DNA of 64,000 nucleotides. Origin: Octopus sinensis. Its lineage: Eukaryota. Below are positions 26,411 to 40,817 of the stretch, in pieces. The notes under the pieces are model-generated. The model was not told the origin of the DNA, did not search any database, and saw only the letters and a list, made by a program, of their open reading frames with translations. A program made the position numbers and the translations under genes. Position 1 is the stretch's first letter, and each line of letters begins with the position of its first letter. The stretch lies in assembly GCF_006345805.1 (NCBI RefSeq), contig NC_043001.1:119536001-119600000 (forward strand). Reading direction: 5' to 3'.

Positions 26411-26975
26411 CAGTAACAAAAAAAACTATAGTCTACACTTTCATTATCGTCTTCATCATCATATTCCTCGTGTTTATCAGTAACAACCACATAAAACCAT
26501 ACTTAATATCAGCAGTAAAAATAGCATCCTCACATTATACCATAATAGGCAATTTTCTGATGCACAAACTTTAAACCAAAGCAACTATGGAAACACCGGG
26601 AGTTTTCATTTCAAAATCCTTCTGCATTATTAACGTACAGAGAGGCCCATTAGAGGTCACTTGACCTGCAGGAAATAGCAGCCAAATCTCCCAAAAGGCA
26701 TAATCTAAGGTCGTAAAAATAGAAGATCACTTTGCATTCGTCCAAAACCAAAAACAAAAGCAAGTTTGGCTAGAGCTGCTGCACAAAGGGGTTGGGGGTT
26801 ACCTCAGGTTAAATAACAATAAGTAATATTAATAAATGCACCACAACTAGGGAGGGGATAGGTATTTCTTAGAACAGGTATAGAGGGGTGAGAGAGGAAA
26901 GCCCAACGTTATGTGTGTGTGTGTGTAATATGGGTGTGTTCATGTGTATATAATATGCATACATATACATATATG

Positions 26976-27030
<55 letters not shown>

Positions 27031-27099
27031 GTTTCTATATCTATCTATCTCTATGTATGTGTGTGTGTGTGCGCGCGCACGAATGTATGCGTGTTTGTC

Positions 27100-28435
27100 G
27101 ATATATATATATATATATATATATTTATAAAATATTCCACTTTGATTCTATGCACATAACGATGCTGTCCTAAATGCATTCATTATATACACCTAAAATA
27201 TATTTCTGCGACGTTGCATCTTTGAATATATATATTATGCGGATACATAACTATGTTCAGTACATACATACAAACACACATACACAGATGCATGCACGCG
27301 GTGGCAAATACCCAGAACTCCCCGTAGACACTTTATTTATGTCGAGTTACCACGTCATTCATTTTACGAAGAGAATATTCTATTATTTCAGCAAATTTGA
27401 TCGAGATTCCTTTTGCCTGCACCATATATGGAAGTATTTCCCAGTGAGTTTTCCAATACGAAGTAACCAATCAGAGCGCGGGAGCTACCTAGCTAACTGG
27501 GGAAATCCAAAGCTTCAGAAAAACACACAATTCGATCGATACGAAAACACATGTACTATCGTGTGTTATTTAGTGAATCGGTTTCCTCCACCCCCACCCC
27601 AGCTTTACACACTCACATACACACTACGTGTCTCCTCAAAAGAATGTTTTTTTTATTGTTGATGTTGTATTGTTGTTATTCTTATTACTACTACTATTCC
27701 TACTACGATGAGTATGTGTGTATATATATATATATGTGTGTGTGTAAATATATATATATATATATTATATATATATATATATATATATTTATAAAATATT
27801 CCACTTTGATTCTATGCACATAACGATGCTGTCCTAAATGCATTCATTATATACACCTAAAATATATTTCTGCGACGTTGCATCTTTGAATATATATATT
27901 ATGCGGATACATAACTATGTTCAGTACATACATACAAACACACATACACAGATGCATGCACGCGGTGGCAAATACCCAGAACTCCCCGTAGACACTTATT
28001 TATGTCGAGTTACCACGTCATTCATTTTACGAAGAGAATATTCTATTATTTCAGCAAATTTGATCGAGATTCCTTTTGCCTGCACCATATATGGAAGTAT
28101 TTCCCAGTGAGTTTTCCAATACGAAGTAACCAATCAGAGCGCGGGAGCTACCTAGCTAACTGGGGAAATCCAAAGCTTCAGAAAAACACACAATTCGATC
28201 GATACGAAAACACATGTACTATCGTGTGTTATTTAGTGAATCGGTTTCCTCCACCCCCACCCCAGCTTTACACACTCACATACACACTACGTGTCTCCTC
28301 AAAAGAATGTTTTTTTTATTGTTGATGTTGTATTGTTGTTATTCTTATTACTACTACTATTCCTACTACGATGAGTATGTGTGTATATATATATATATAT
28401 GTGTGTGTGTAAATATATATATATATATATATATA
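27100..28435. repeat. Near-identical tandem duplication, unit about 664 bp, breakpoints in (TA)n tracts
   Basis: TTTATAAAATATTCCAC at 27124 and 27788 (offset 664); paired ORFs 27174/27838 and 27551/28214. The only differences noticed are a 1-nt T-run indel and (TA)n lengths. Confidence 0.93.
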
Positions 28436-28779
28436 TAAATACATATATAAATATAAATACAAGCACACACACACGTATGCATGTATGTATGTATGTATGC
28501 ATGTATGTATGTATGTATGTATGTATGCATGTATGTATGTATGTATGTATGTATGTATGTATGTAGTATGTATGTATGCATGTATGTATGTATGTGTATA
28601 TATTGCAGGTTTCTATGTCTATGCGTCTCTGTTAGAAATATAACGAAATAGTTTGTTAGTGACTCTGGTATTGGTTCTTTTGCAGAAATAAAAGTTAAAA
28701 CATTTCGGAAAATTTACTGTGTGTTATGTCAGTGCGTGTGTCTTATATACAAATGAATACATTGCAGCGTCTATCTAGC

Positions 28780-29155
28780 TGGCGTCCTTTTGTGTGTTTT
28801 GAATTCAAATTCTATAGGTATCATCTTCGTTTTCAATAAGTGTCAGTCAAACACTGGAGTCGATTTACTCGAGTAATATCCACCCCAACTCCGCAAATTC
28901 CCACCTTGTATCTTTTATAAGAAATCTTTATTTAGGACGGAGGTTGGCAGAGTCTTGAGAGTCAAACAAAAATTTCTTGCGATATTTAATTACGACACCC
29001 TATGTCACGAGTTCAAATCCCGCTGAGGTCAACTTTGACTTACATCTTTTCGGAACGATGAAATAAAGAACCATTCAAATAATGAGGTCAGTGGACTCGG
29101 CGAACCCTTTTCCCCTAAAAACTGCTCAGCTTTTGCCTAAATTAGAAACAGAAAT
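28780..29155 (+). mobile_element. Tandem SINE-A copies (diverged) ending in an (ATT)n tract
   Basis: GAATTCAAATTC at about 28801; GAGTTCAAATCCCGCTGAGGTCAACTTTG at about 29009; AAATTAGAAACAGAAATTATT end. Confidence 0.65.
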
Positions 29156-29183
29156 TATTATTATCATTATTATTATTTTTATG

Positions 29184-29215
<32 letters not shown>

Positions 29216-29572
29216 GTACTTCGGATTTCTTTGTCAGTTCCACGTAGATTCATACCATTCTGTCCTTCGATTGCTTTGTGGAGCACTAGCCGAAACAATA
29301 ATCGCACATGTTGACATTGATACATGCAGTGTGCTGTATTTTTATGAGAAAAGATTGCTGTTCTAATCCTTCTTCTTTTGAATAAATTACTCATTTACTA
29401 AACAGAGAATTGTTCTCAGTGCAGTAATTTCTCAATTGGCAGTGCTCGCAGACCACTGAATTCTATCACATTGCAGTATCTACATACAGGCTAAGTGGAA
29501 TCACCTGTAAAGTATCTTGGTAACATGTTCACATTGCCATCTTCCTACCCTGTTCACTCGGTCATCTGTTAA

Positions 29573-29616
<44 letters not shown>

Positions 29617-30889
29617 TACACACACACGCACACACACTCCCTCTCCCCCACTCTCTATTTATCTCTCTCTCGTTCTTTCATGATAAATGATTTTTCATAT
29701 CTTGTAAGTAGGTAGCAAGGAACTCTAGGGAGAACAGAACAGCAGAAGATACTTGATGAAAACACGTTCATGCAAGTATTTCGACCATTTACTCATTCAC
29801 ATCTGCAATAGGGGAAAAATCCCTTTTGCTGTTCAACTCTTCCTAGATTTCCAGACATCTGGTAAAAGGCAGAGTTTATTTATTCTATAATGCAAGAATA
29901 TTAGAAGATGTTTAGCTGAAAGGAGTCAAATGTCTCAACTAAATATTGTTTTGCATGTTGAAGAAAATGGCGCTTATGCCTGTGCGACTGTCTCGCATAT
30001 TTTAACTGATGTCCTTAGTTCCACGCAAGAGAACTAGCTGGATCAAAACCAAATATTCATTCCGAATAGATTATACTTAACTTCTAATGAATGGTACCTT
30101 TATTTCACTGCCATATTGGAATCCTATATATGTCCAAATTTTCCGACCAATCACCAAGTTTTTGGAAATCGGACATGAATCTAACTTGCATCAACGCCGC
30201 CAAATTTCCACAATTTCTAACTCTTGTGAGGTCTAAACACCTATATATACTGCTTTCCACACTCAAACTAGTAAGCGAAAACGGGTTGAAATGTTACAGT
30301 TTCCGCATATACGGCAAACTGAAGTCGTTGACATTGTTGATCAACTCTGATCGAGCAGATCAATAATAGAATGAGTTCTTGCCGTGATCATTCCATGTAT
30401 CATATATAGGTCTACTTTACCCACTGTATCCATTATTAACTTAAAATGATTCAGTAACATCTAAGAGAGATTTGCTACTATTTTTAGCGGGTGGAGAGAC
30501 CTTGTTGAGACTCTCTTGTTGTTTCGTCTGCTGGAGCAATTGTGAAACTCGTATGTTAGAAGCAAAAAGAAACATACCCTTCTTTGCTATGAAAGACAAC
30601 GCTCCTTTTCCATTTTCTACAAAAACTGAGGAACTGGTTTGAGAGGAAAATTAACTTACTTTCTCCGTATTTCTTTCGTGCTCCTTCTGTAGCAATTCAG
30701 AAACTTAAGCAAATTAAACATAATTATTTACTTGACATTTTAAAAGATAGAACAACAAATGAATTATAAAATATGTCAGTTGATTGTTATTAATTTGCTA
30801 CCAATTTCAAAATACGATTAAGAAGCATGACATTTCTTACTTGATGGTTTGATACTCATGCACCAACACCCACACACATACACGTGAGT

Positions 30890-31165
30890 GTGTGAGTGTG
30901 CATGTATGTATGTATGCATGTACGTATATATATACATACATACATACATACATACCTAGACACATGCATACATACATACATACATACATACATACATACA
31001 TACATACATACATACATACATACATACATACATACATACATGCATGCATACATACATACATACATACAGACATACATACAGACATACATAAATACATGCA
31101 TGCATACATACATATATATATATACATATACACACACACACATATACATTCATACATTCATACAT
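30890..31165. repeat. (TACA)n microsatellite
   Basis: Read directly. Confidence 0.95.
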
Positions 31166-32359
31166 TATTATTTAAAATTGTTTGAATTTCTCTTATGCAG
31201 ATGAAGATGGTTCCTAATAATGAAAGAAAGTCCTAATGCTGGTATTTGAATAATAAAAATGATAAGCGTCACATAGCGAACTGTAGAAAAGTTTATTCAT
31301 ATTTTTACTGTTTCGCCTACAGAGTATAAGTACACAGTGCTTGTATCAAGTTACTCTCTTTGTCTGAAAGCCCTTGCTCTTTTGAGAGTGACACTTAGAG
31401 TTTGGCATTTACATAGCTGAGTGCACCGATCTTTTCAGTACAAATGTGAATTTATGATATTGGTAGAAAAGCTGTAAGGTTCGAAGCAGTTCGTAAATAT
31501 TCTCTCTCATATTTTAAAGAAATGTTCACACCTGTAAATCAACTGTCCTCTATAACTGAACATATTTTCTTTTCTGTTCTGCATTGCTATATCAGGCCTA
31601 ATAAGGTAAAAATCTAGCAGAAGTTTTGATAAGAATGTTCCACCTTTATTCAGTATCTTGGTACATATGTGTTCAATAACAATGGTATTCTTTACATTTT
31701 CCATGGAGCAGTCTTGCATTGTATGTTGTTTTAGCAATAACATCATGGAAATACTTTGGTAACATTTTGGAACAACCACTGTTCGCATTTGTAATATGTT
31801 CCACACAAAACTGACATAAATGACCATTTCGATTACATCTCAGAAGTTTAAGGACTCCATTGACTACTTTGTTCATTAGGTATTTTGTAGTTATTTCCTA
31901 ATTTTCGATTACAAACGAATAACAATTGAGACGTGAAGAGACAAATCTGTTACGAGTGCAACAGAAGCTACAGTTCATGTTGAATTAGTACCATACATAA
32001 GTTTATGAAAGACATACACGTAGAACATTTTGGGGATTTCTTTTTTCGAATTTTGTTGAGGTACGCTATCCTAGCAGTGCATGTTTGTATGGATGGATGA
32101 ATGGTTGCATGATGTACCAATATCCTAGCGCCTCCGTTAGCCAAGATTAACCATGCATCTGCACATGAATGCATCTGTGCATGCAAGGCTCTCCTCTCCA
32201 CACTAGAGGTGAGGTGCTTATCGAAGGGAAAGGTCACTGACTTAAGCCATTACAATTTTCCTACAGTCTCATGGCAGATATTTCTGTCAGAATGCAAGAA
32301 CTATAGCTGTTTCCGCAAGGAATCATACCCAACATTCTAATAGCTCTATCAATCGCCCT

Positions 32360-32485
32360 CTCACAGTTGATAACTTATTATCGATCCCGAAAGGATGAAA
32401 GTAAATTTGACCGTAATGGGATTTCAATCTAAAGTCCTGAACGTTGGAATACCCACGAGAGATTCTATCCAATGCTCAAACTACT
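32360..32485 (-). mobile_element. SINE-A fragment
   Basis: ACTTATTATCGATCCCGAAAGGATGAAAGTAAATTTGACC on the + strand. Confidence 0.65.
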
Positions 32486-32974
32486 CTGACAGTTCATTTT
32501 CTATATGTGCGCGTGTGTGTGTGTATGTATTTACATGTTTATGTGTGTGTAAGAATATATACATAAAAGTGCATTCAGCATAAGCTGTGGAGGTCAAATA
32601 TTTGTATTTGCATTTTGTGACTTAAATTGGCTTTAGTGAAAGATTCACAGGCGTGAAAGCACGTCTGATTTTGCAGAGGCTTTCAATCTAAGGCTTAAAT
32701 CGATAGCATTTGAATGAAATTAAATGATTTTACATCTATGGAACTTTGAATAATGCAGATTTAAGTTACAAACTATATCCATCGTTATGAATTCACATTA
32801 TTGTTGTGCAGAGTTTATAAGTTCATAGCTATTACTGACAGTTTCACACACGTAAATTACACGAATGATTGACGAAACAACCTCCTTAAGCGGATGATGT
32901 ATTTGCAATGAGGGTATAACAACACAAATTTGCATGATGTGTGTGTATGTTTGAGAGAGAGAGAGAGATAGATA

Positions 32975-33183
32975 GAGAGTGAGTGTGTTAATGAGTGAGT
33001 GATTGAGTGAGTGAGTGAGTGAGTGAATGAGTGAGTGAATGAGTGAGTGAGTGAGTGAGTGAGTGAGTGAGTGAGTGAGTGAATGAGTGAGTGAGTGAGT
33101 GAGTGAGTGAGTGAGTGAGTGAGTGAGTGAGTGAGTGAGTGAGTGAGTGAGTGAGTGAGTGAGTGGGTGAGTGAGTGGGTGAG
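32975..33183. repeat. (GAGT)n microsatellite
   Basis: Read directly; a second (GAGT)n lies at 61617-61686. Confidence 0.95.
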
Positions 33184-34379
33184 TGTGTTGTGTGTGTTGC
33201 TCATTGGCAGGGTCATGGATCATGAGAGCCTAAGACACATTGTTATTTGGTGATTGTTTAGGCTATGTGCGTCTGCGTAGCCAACATTGCCTTTTATCCT
33301 TTCAGGACCAATAAATAAAGCACTGACCCTGTACTGGGTTAAATTTCACTCATACTGTATCTATTTCTTTCTGTCTGACTCTTTCTCGCCATCTAAAAGG
33401 GATTGACTGTGATTAGACACACGGAGAGGAGTGAGCCTCACCGGGTCTAAATAGGCCCAAGACGCAGTATGTTACGATGGCATCTTTGTGACTTCAAAGA
33501 GTAAAAGGCTCCTGGCATCACACACACACACACACACAAATACACATACATTCAGTGGGGAAAGCTCTGTTTTGTGCGTGCATGCCGGTTGGCGTGCACG
33601 CGCATGTGTGTAAGTGGGTGCAGGATGTTATAGCGCATTGAACCTTCTCTTATGACACATCTGTTCCGATTACAATGCTGGCCTAAATTAGAATTCTTTC
33701 AAGTAACTTATCATACACCACTCGAATCCCTGTTTCAAGAAGTCAGTAAACGTTAAAAAACTAACGATATTGGACCTTGCTCACACAGATCACCACTGGA
33801 AGTTTTGATTTCTAGTTATAATATTTGGGGATATTAGTGTGGTTTCTTTTCGAACATTCAAGAAAGTTGTCGTATCATACAGTAACTATGTTTTTCCAAT
33901 CGCTCTACTAATATTATTAGAAATGTATTAAGGGAGAAAAGAATCACCTTGGTTGAAAGTAAAACTGTATAAGCTTCCTTATTGGAAATTCGTGAGATTA
34001 TATCACTGACACTACCTTTTTGTGAATCATCTAACTTCCTTTTTACTCGAAAATGGATTCATGTTTTCATTCTATCCAGACAATTAGTTATAAATGTGCT
34101 GCAACATCATTGCAACATTGATGTTGTTTTGTTCATACACAGTCAAATTTTGTGAGATGGGACACCTTCAAAAGGTGGGAAACAATAATCAATTTCAACT
34201 AAAGAAAACAGACACAAATTAAATATCTAGAGCACCTGCACACCCTTCCCTACAAATATTGCCAATAACATTGATACAACAATACCGTAACAAGATGTGA
34301 TACTACTGTAATATTGTCTCCACATTTCCTCTTGCAGTTTATTGTAAATAATGGGCACAAACTTAGTTGTGACATTATG

Positions 34380-34515
34380 ATGTTCGCTTCGTAGCGAAAT
34401 GGTTTGGGTTGCAATCTCCTGCGCGGAAACTTGGACAAGTATCATATACCATAGCTTCGAGATGACCAAAGACTTTTAGATGAAATTTGGTAGGCAGGAG
34501 TTGAGTGGAAACCAT
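34380..34515 (+). mobile_element. Decayed SINE-B head
   Basis: ACTTGGACAAGT...ATAGCTTCGAGATGACCAAAG...GAAATTTGGTAG resembles 8731-8790. Confidence 0.5.
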
Positions 34516-35464
34516 CACAAGAATTGTCCCTAATAAAGACCATGTCTCTTTCCAAGCCGTATCTCATGATGGGATTTGAACTCGGAATTGCAAAACAATA
34601 CACATTCGTCATTCTATACAGTACTGCTGTTGCTTAGAACAGTGATCATTTGTCTAAACACGGTATCTCTTTATATTTCGGTTACGGAGGGTCAAATGTT
34701 TTTATCAGAAACATAGTGCAATGATTGTATACCGGCGTTCTGCATACATCCTTTTCTATATGTACTCTGTCAAATTACTCCCGCTGCAACTACCTTTGTC
34801 ACTCGTACTAGAATCTATTTAGGCCGCTATACAACATTCGTTCTTCTTTTCTCTCTTATTGTTACCTATTTTCCTCATCTTTAAATACTATGTATAACAA
34901 TATTCTCCTCCTTTTTCACTATATCAATAGTTTTTTACTCTTTCACCTTGCCTACCATCGCTCACACAATTATACATACTCTCTCCCTCTTCTGGCTTAC
35001 TCTTTTGCCCTTTCTCGTACCTAAACATAGTCATTCTCCTATCTAGCTAGTGTTTTCTCTTACTCTATCGCTCTCTGTCACACACACTTTAGATCTCTCT
35101 CATTCGGCTTTCTCGAATATACATATACAAACAGAGTTAATACCTTTCACTCACTCTGCCTTAACTTTCCATTTGGAAAATAAATCCCAGTTATTCTCCC
35201 CGAGAAAGCACCGATCAATTCAAGAGAAAATGTAGAGCATTTCAGTCGTAATAAAGATTTCTTACATTAGCAAAATGCCACATATATCTGCAGGTAAGTG
35301 GCACAGTCAGTTCATTTGGCTACAGTGCATGCATTCCTACTTATTTCATTGCCCCATGAGTGATGAAAAGAAAGTCCCAGTGGGAATTGAACATAGAACA
35401 GAGAATTATAGAGCTAAATACTTTTAGCCAATTTCTGCGGTTACTTCACAAATTCTACTAAAAA

Positions 35465-35640
35465 TAAATTGTAACATTAGCACACAGCCACAAATTTTGT
35501 CCAGAGGGTATTTCTGATGGGGATTCGACTAGTTTCCCCTAACTACTTCAATAGTACTTATTTCATCAGCCCCAGAAAATTTGAATTCTGAAAGTAGAAG
35601 GACGCAACAAGGAATTTTGTTCAGCGCTCAACCGTTATCA
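35465..35640 (-). mobile_element. Decayed SINE-A copy
   Basis: TTAGCACACAGCC 3' end, GTACTTATTTCATCAGCCCC, AATTTGAATTCTGAAAGTAG. Confidence 0.55.
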
Positions 35641-35675
<35 letters not shown>

Positions 35676-36639
35676 TTTAAAGATTCTTATTTCTTATTTC
35701 TTTTTCTTTTTCTCCTCTACTCCTTACATATTGCTGTCTGTCTGATTTTCTCTCTCCCTCTTTCTCTCTCTCTCTCTCTCTCTCTCACCATTCTTCTTCT
35801 CATTCACTTTTAGAGACTCTTTCATTCGTTTACTTTTCTCTTTCATTCTTCTAAATCAATTTCGTTTCTTTCATTTTCCTTTCCCTTCTACTTTTCCAAT
35901 ATTTTCCTTGTTCTCTCATTCTCGATCTCACTTTTTATGTCTGACTTTTTTCTTTTTTCCTCTCCGCCTTATCATTTTCTCTTTCTTCATATCGGCTCAC
36001 CCCCCCCCCCTGTCTTTCACTTCTTCATCTACGTTGATCCCAGAACATCCCTTTTTTTCCCTCCAACTCTATATCTATCCTCTCAACCTTCCACCACTGC
36101 AACTACTACCTTATCTATCTACCGATCATTCTTACTCGCTATTTATCTTTCACCCATTCTTTATCAATCTATTTTTCTTTACCCTCCCCCCTCTCTATCG
36201 CTCACAAGTTATATATGTGCATGTGTGTAGGGGTGCGGTTGTTCATCCGTCTATCCATCTGCTTTGCTCTTTCTACATTCATCTCGTCATACTTCTCTAT
36301 ATTTATCTCTCCATCTATTACTTAATCTCTCTTGCTTTCTCTCCTCCACACACACACATACACACACACACTCTTTCTTTCTTTCTTTCTGTATGTCTCT
36401 ATCTTTCTCTCTCTCACACTTCCCCTTCTCTCTCTCTCTCTCTCTTTCGTCTCTCTCTCTCCCCAGTGTTTATTTCTTTATATAAAAGACACCCAGAATA
36501 TCCTAGCGTCCTAAGATCCTAGATGAATGAATAATAAGCCGTAGATTTATGTATTCCAGCCTTCTGGCGTTCTCATCACTATATATGGTGCCAAAGCGAA
36601 AGCGAATCACTACCAAGCTTGCTACCCCTGATTCGTCTG

Positions 36640-36666
36640 ACCATCTATCTATCCATCTATTTATCC

Positions 36667-36724
<58 letters not shown>

Positions 36725-37002
36725 TTCTTTCCATTTACGATCCCTTTTGATCGAAAACCAAACCCCCTTCTTTTACCCCCAAAAGAAAAGCTCTACCTTG
36801 TAATTTTGTCCTGTCTGTGTGCAGCCCTATGTGGCTAATAAAGAAACATATCTATTTATCTATCTATCTATCTATCTATCTATCTGCCACCCCCTTCTTT
36901 TTTCTTTTGTTTTTTGTTCTCTTCATCCCCCAAAAGAAAAGCTCTACCTTGTAACTTGTCCCATCTGTGTGCAGCCCTGCGTGGCCAATAAAGAAACTTA
37001 TC

Positions 37003-37033
<31 letters not shown>

Positions 37034-37081
37034 CTAAATACCTGCCTACCTACCTACCTACCTACCTACCTACCTACCTAC

Positions 37082-37121
<40 letters not shown>

Positions 37122-37153
37122 ATATCTACCTACCTACCTACCTACCTACCTAC

Positions 37154-37230
<77 letters not shown>
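36640..37230 (+). repeat. (TATC)n/(TACC)n arrays containing two tandem retroelement-like 3' ends (about 36760-36850 and 36885-37000)
   Basis: Shared CCCCAAAAGAAAAGCTCTACCTTGTAA...TCTGTGTGCAGCCCT..GTGGC-AATAAAGAAAC with AATAAA at 36837-36842 and 36987-36992, each followed by (TATC)n. Confidence 0.8.
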
Positions 37231-37523
37231 AAATTATATGTCTGTCTTTCTATGTGTCTGTGTTTCTGTAGGTCAATCTGTAATTCTGCTGATCATCTTT
37301 TACCCATCGATCTGTCTGCTCTGCCTTGAAATAGATAGTTCTGAATATATATGTGAGTGTACATGTATGTATGTATATATGCAGAAGTATAAACCAGGAA
37401 GTGTCTATACATATTTGTGTGTCTGTCTAAATGCCTCTCTGTCCCTCTGTCTGTCCCTCTGTCTGCCTGCCTGCTTGTCTGGTCATCTATCTATCTACTT
37501 TTCTAGCTATGTGTCATTTTATA

Positions 37524-37665
37524 TATTGGTTTCAAATTTTGGCACAAAGCCAGCAATTTCGGGGTGTGTGATGAGTCAATTTCAACGACCCTAGTACTTA
37601 GCTGGTACCTATTTCATCCACCGCGATTTGATGAAAGGCAAAGTCGACTCCGACGATATTTGTGT
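37524..37665 (-). mobile_element. SINE-A 3' two-thirds
   Basis: TTGGTTTCAAATTTTGGCACAAAGCCAGCAATTTC...GATGAAAGGCAAAGTCGACTCCG on the + strand. Confidence 0.8.
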
Positions 37666-37699
37666 CGTTTCGTATATTAAAATGTATCAAGTGTCACTC

Positions 37700-38260
37700 A
37701 CCATTTCGTACATGTATAATATATGTATGTATGTATGTATCTATGTATGTATGTATGTATGTATGTATGTATGTGTATGCGTGTATGTATGTATGTATGT
37801 ATGTATGTATGCGTGTATGTATGTATGTATGTATGTATGTATGTATGTATGCATGTATGTATGCATGTATGCATGTATGTATGTATGTATGCATGTATGT
37901 ATGTATATATGTATGTATGCATGGATGCATGCATGTATGTATGTAAATATTTTTATACGGATGTATGTATGTATGTATATTACACAATCCGATCTGCAAT
38001 AGAGTTCAATCTATTTACAGCTATCTATCGAATTAGCTAGATATATATGTAAGTATGTATGTAGTTATGTAGGAATGCAAATATATACGCATACAAGCAT
38101 GTATAAAGTATGTATGTATGTATGTATGTATGTATGTATGTATGTATGTATGTACGTAAGCATATATGTATATGTATTTTTTTTACGTATGTATGTATGT
38201 CTATACGTATGTATGTAAGTATGCATGTGTGTATTTATGTATGTATGCATGTATGTGTAT
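37700..38260. repeat. (TATG)n microsatellite cluster
   Basis: Read directly. Confidence 0.95.
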
Positions 38261-38929
38261 CTGTCTGTCAGTTTATTACTTTTGTGAGTCTGCATTGCTC
38301 TATTAATTAATATTCTACTGATAGCAAGTTCTACTTTGCATTACATCTCTCTCTTCCTCTCTCTCTCTCTCACTTTCTCTCTCTCTTCCCCTCTCTCTCT
38401 TCCCTCCTCTCTCTCTCACTCCCTCACTTTCGGAATACTTCATTTTCTTTTCATCTTTCTCCATCTTGTCCTTTGCAAGTCTTGTCTCATCTTCTCTCAG
38501 CACACTTTATTTTATAATATTTTCATATCAGCGTACACATAAGCGGACACACATACATTTGCACGCACACACATACAGAAAAGGTGGGAGAGACAGAAAG
38601 AGAGTGAGAGAGAGAGAGAAAGAGAGAGAGAGACTGGAATGCGAATATGTATATCATATATATATATAGTATCTCTATGTAGACCAGTTTCCATATACGC
38701 ATGCGTATCAGTTGAGCGTTTCCTTCCTTCCAATGGTGTTGATGTGACACCTTCTGCAACTGCATCGAATAAAAAAGGACTAATGCAGCACTAGAGCAGT
38801 TTCTCATGACTGCAGCACTGGAAGACTGGAAACTGTCTGTGTGTAGCAACGAACAGGACAGACTCTACTATTACAACTGCTAACACTCATCTCTTCTTTT
38901 TCCATTCACATATCCATATTTCGCTTTGT

Positions 38930-38967
<38 letters not shown>

Positions 38968-39490
38968 TGCGCGCATACACACAGAAGCACACACACACAT
39001 ACACATGCGCGCGCATACACACGCACAAACATACACGCACATGCACACACACACCCTCACACAGAAACACACACACATACGTAGGCACACACGTACGTAC
39101 ATACACAGCACTCAATACATATGAAGATGTGAAGCAGCGAAACAGTGAGTAAGATTCTTAATCGACTTTCGACTCGATCAAAGGAGCAACCAAATCTTCT
39201 ACGATAATCTCTCTACCATCTTCGAAATGGGGGTCACCAGTTTTATAGAAAACGAAAAATAAGAACAAAACGCCTATCATGAATATGAATCTACATAAAT
39301 GCAGGCAGTCAGACTGATACTTTAACCAGTCGGTCATTTCGTTTCCACACACTCACACACACACACACTCACACACACACACACACACACACACACTGAC
39401 ACACCCGCACATAGCAAAACCAAATCACTACATTCCCCATTATCACTTGCATATAAAACAGAAACGACCCAGTAAGAGATCCTCTTTATT

Positions 39491-39500
39491 GTCACGTGAC
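39491..39500. promoter_or_regulatory. Perfect GTCACGTGAC palindrome (E-box, CLEAR-type consensus) in a non-repetitive CpG-containing island
   Basis: Exact motif read at 39491-39500; function untested. Confidence 0.3.
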
Positions 39501-40419
39501 CTACTCGATGCACCAATTACATTTCCCTGATCCACTTAGCTGTCATCATTCAAATGGGGGATCAAACGTGGGTTAACTCTATTGATTTGTAAATTTGAGT
39601 CGTAGATCTTATCATCCCGCAATGAAAACAACACTTGGGTGGTTAAATCGCTGGTTATATAACTAAGTTCAAACTAAGCTAATGTGCTTCGTTTTTCTTC
39701 AAATAAGGATGTTTTTCGCAGGAGTGCAGGGGCGCCACGTCTGACTAATTCTAGATTTCAGTTGGCTATCACCGTGCCAGGCGGGGGGCTACGTTAAAAC
39801 AATGCTATGTAACCAAGAGCACAAGACTATAACAGAAGTCAAGTAATGGCTCTAGAGCTGAATGTAAGCTCTCAGCACGCAAAATACTCGATCTGGTTTC
39901 TATTCTTGACTATAGTTTTTCACTCCAGTTGCGTCGGCAATGACATATAGACGGCTGAGGTGTCGGTGATTGGAACCTTGTCGTTATGATTGCTTTCTGT
40001 GTGTGTGATCAAGATATTTGAAACTTACTTATTTTCATCCAGAACTAAGAAGATACCCTTGGTTCAACATTACAGAATTAACAGTGTTTATTAGCTAATA
40101 ACGAAGGATCAGGTACTTCTGTGGGCATTGAGAAAGTGTGAAAAGAAACTTTAGTTTGGGTTTTTCTCCTTCAATACCTCTTTAATGAATTCGAAAAAAC
40201 GAAAAGAATCAATATCTTGAAGGTACCTTCCTTCTATATATATCAAATGTACAGTAAGAAATATGGTGTCAGAGCTAATAGGGTGTGTATTGTAGAACGG
40301 CAAGTAAAATCCCGGCAAACTCAGTCGCTTGATTCCCTCGGTAAAGGTATGAATGTGGCGCACATAATTTCATTTGTCACTCATCTACAAGAATCATTCA
40401 AGAAAAATCTGCCAAATAC

Positions 40420-40423
40420 ATTT

Positions 40424-40455
<32 letters not shown>

Positions 40456-40474
40456 TATATATATACATATACAC

Positions 40475-40534
<60 letters not shown>

Positions 40535-40783
40535 GTATATATATATACGTATATATGTATATACATATACGCTCACATGCATACACACAAACATAGAAAC
40601 GCACACACACATATATATATACTTATATGTATGTATATATATACACATACACATATATGTATACATATACACACATACATGCATGCATACATACATACAT
40701 ACATACATACATACATACACACATACATATATACATACATACATACATATATACATACATACATACATACATACATACATGCA

Positions 40784-40817
<34 letters not shown>

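Noticed and set aside
31770-31820. Minus-strand FMSVLCGTYYKCEQWLF resembling the hAT transposase C-terminal STYxCEQLFS motif
   Set aside because: A single short motif among stops with no TIRs found; needs an HMM search before calling.
35908-36522. 204-aa hydrophobic ORF
   Set aside because: Pyrimidine-rich low-complexity DNA giving an F/L/S-rich translation; not a credible membrane protein.
38785-38870. Hammerhead-like CTCATGA...GAAAC with a stem III
   Set aside because: The core reads CUCAUGA, not CUGANGA, and the cleavage triplet would be GAC; two essential positions are wrong.
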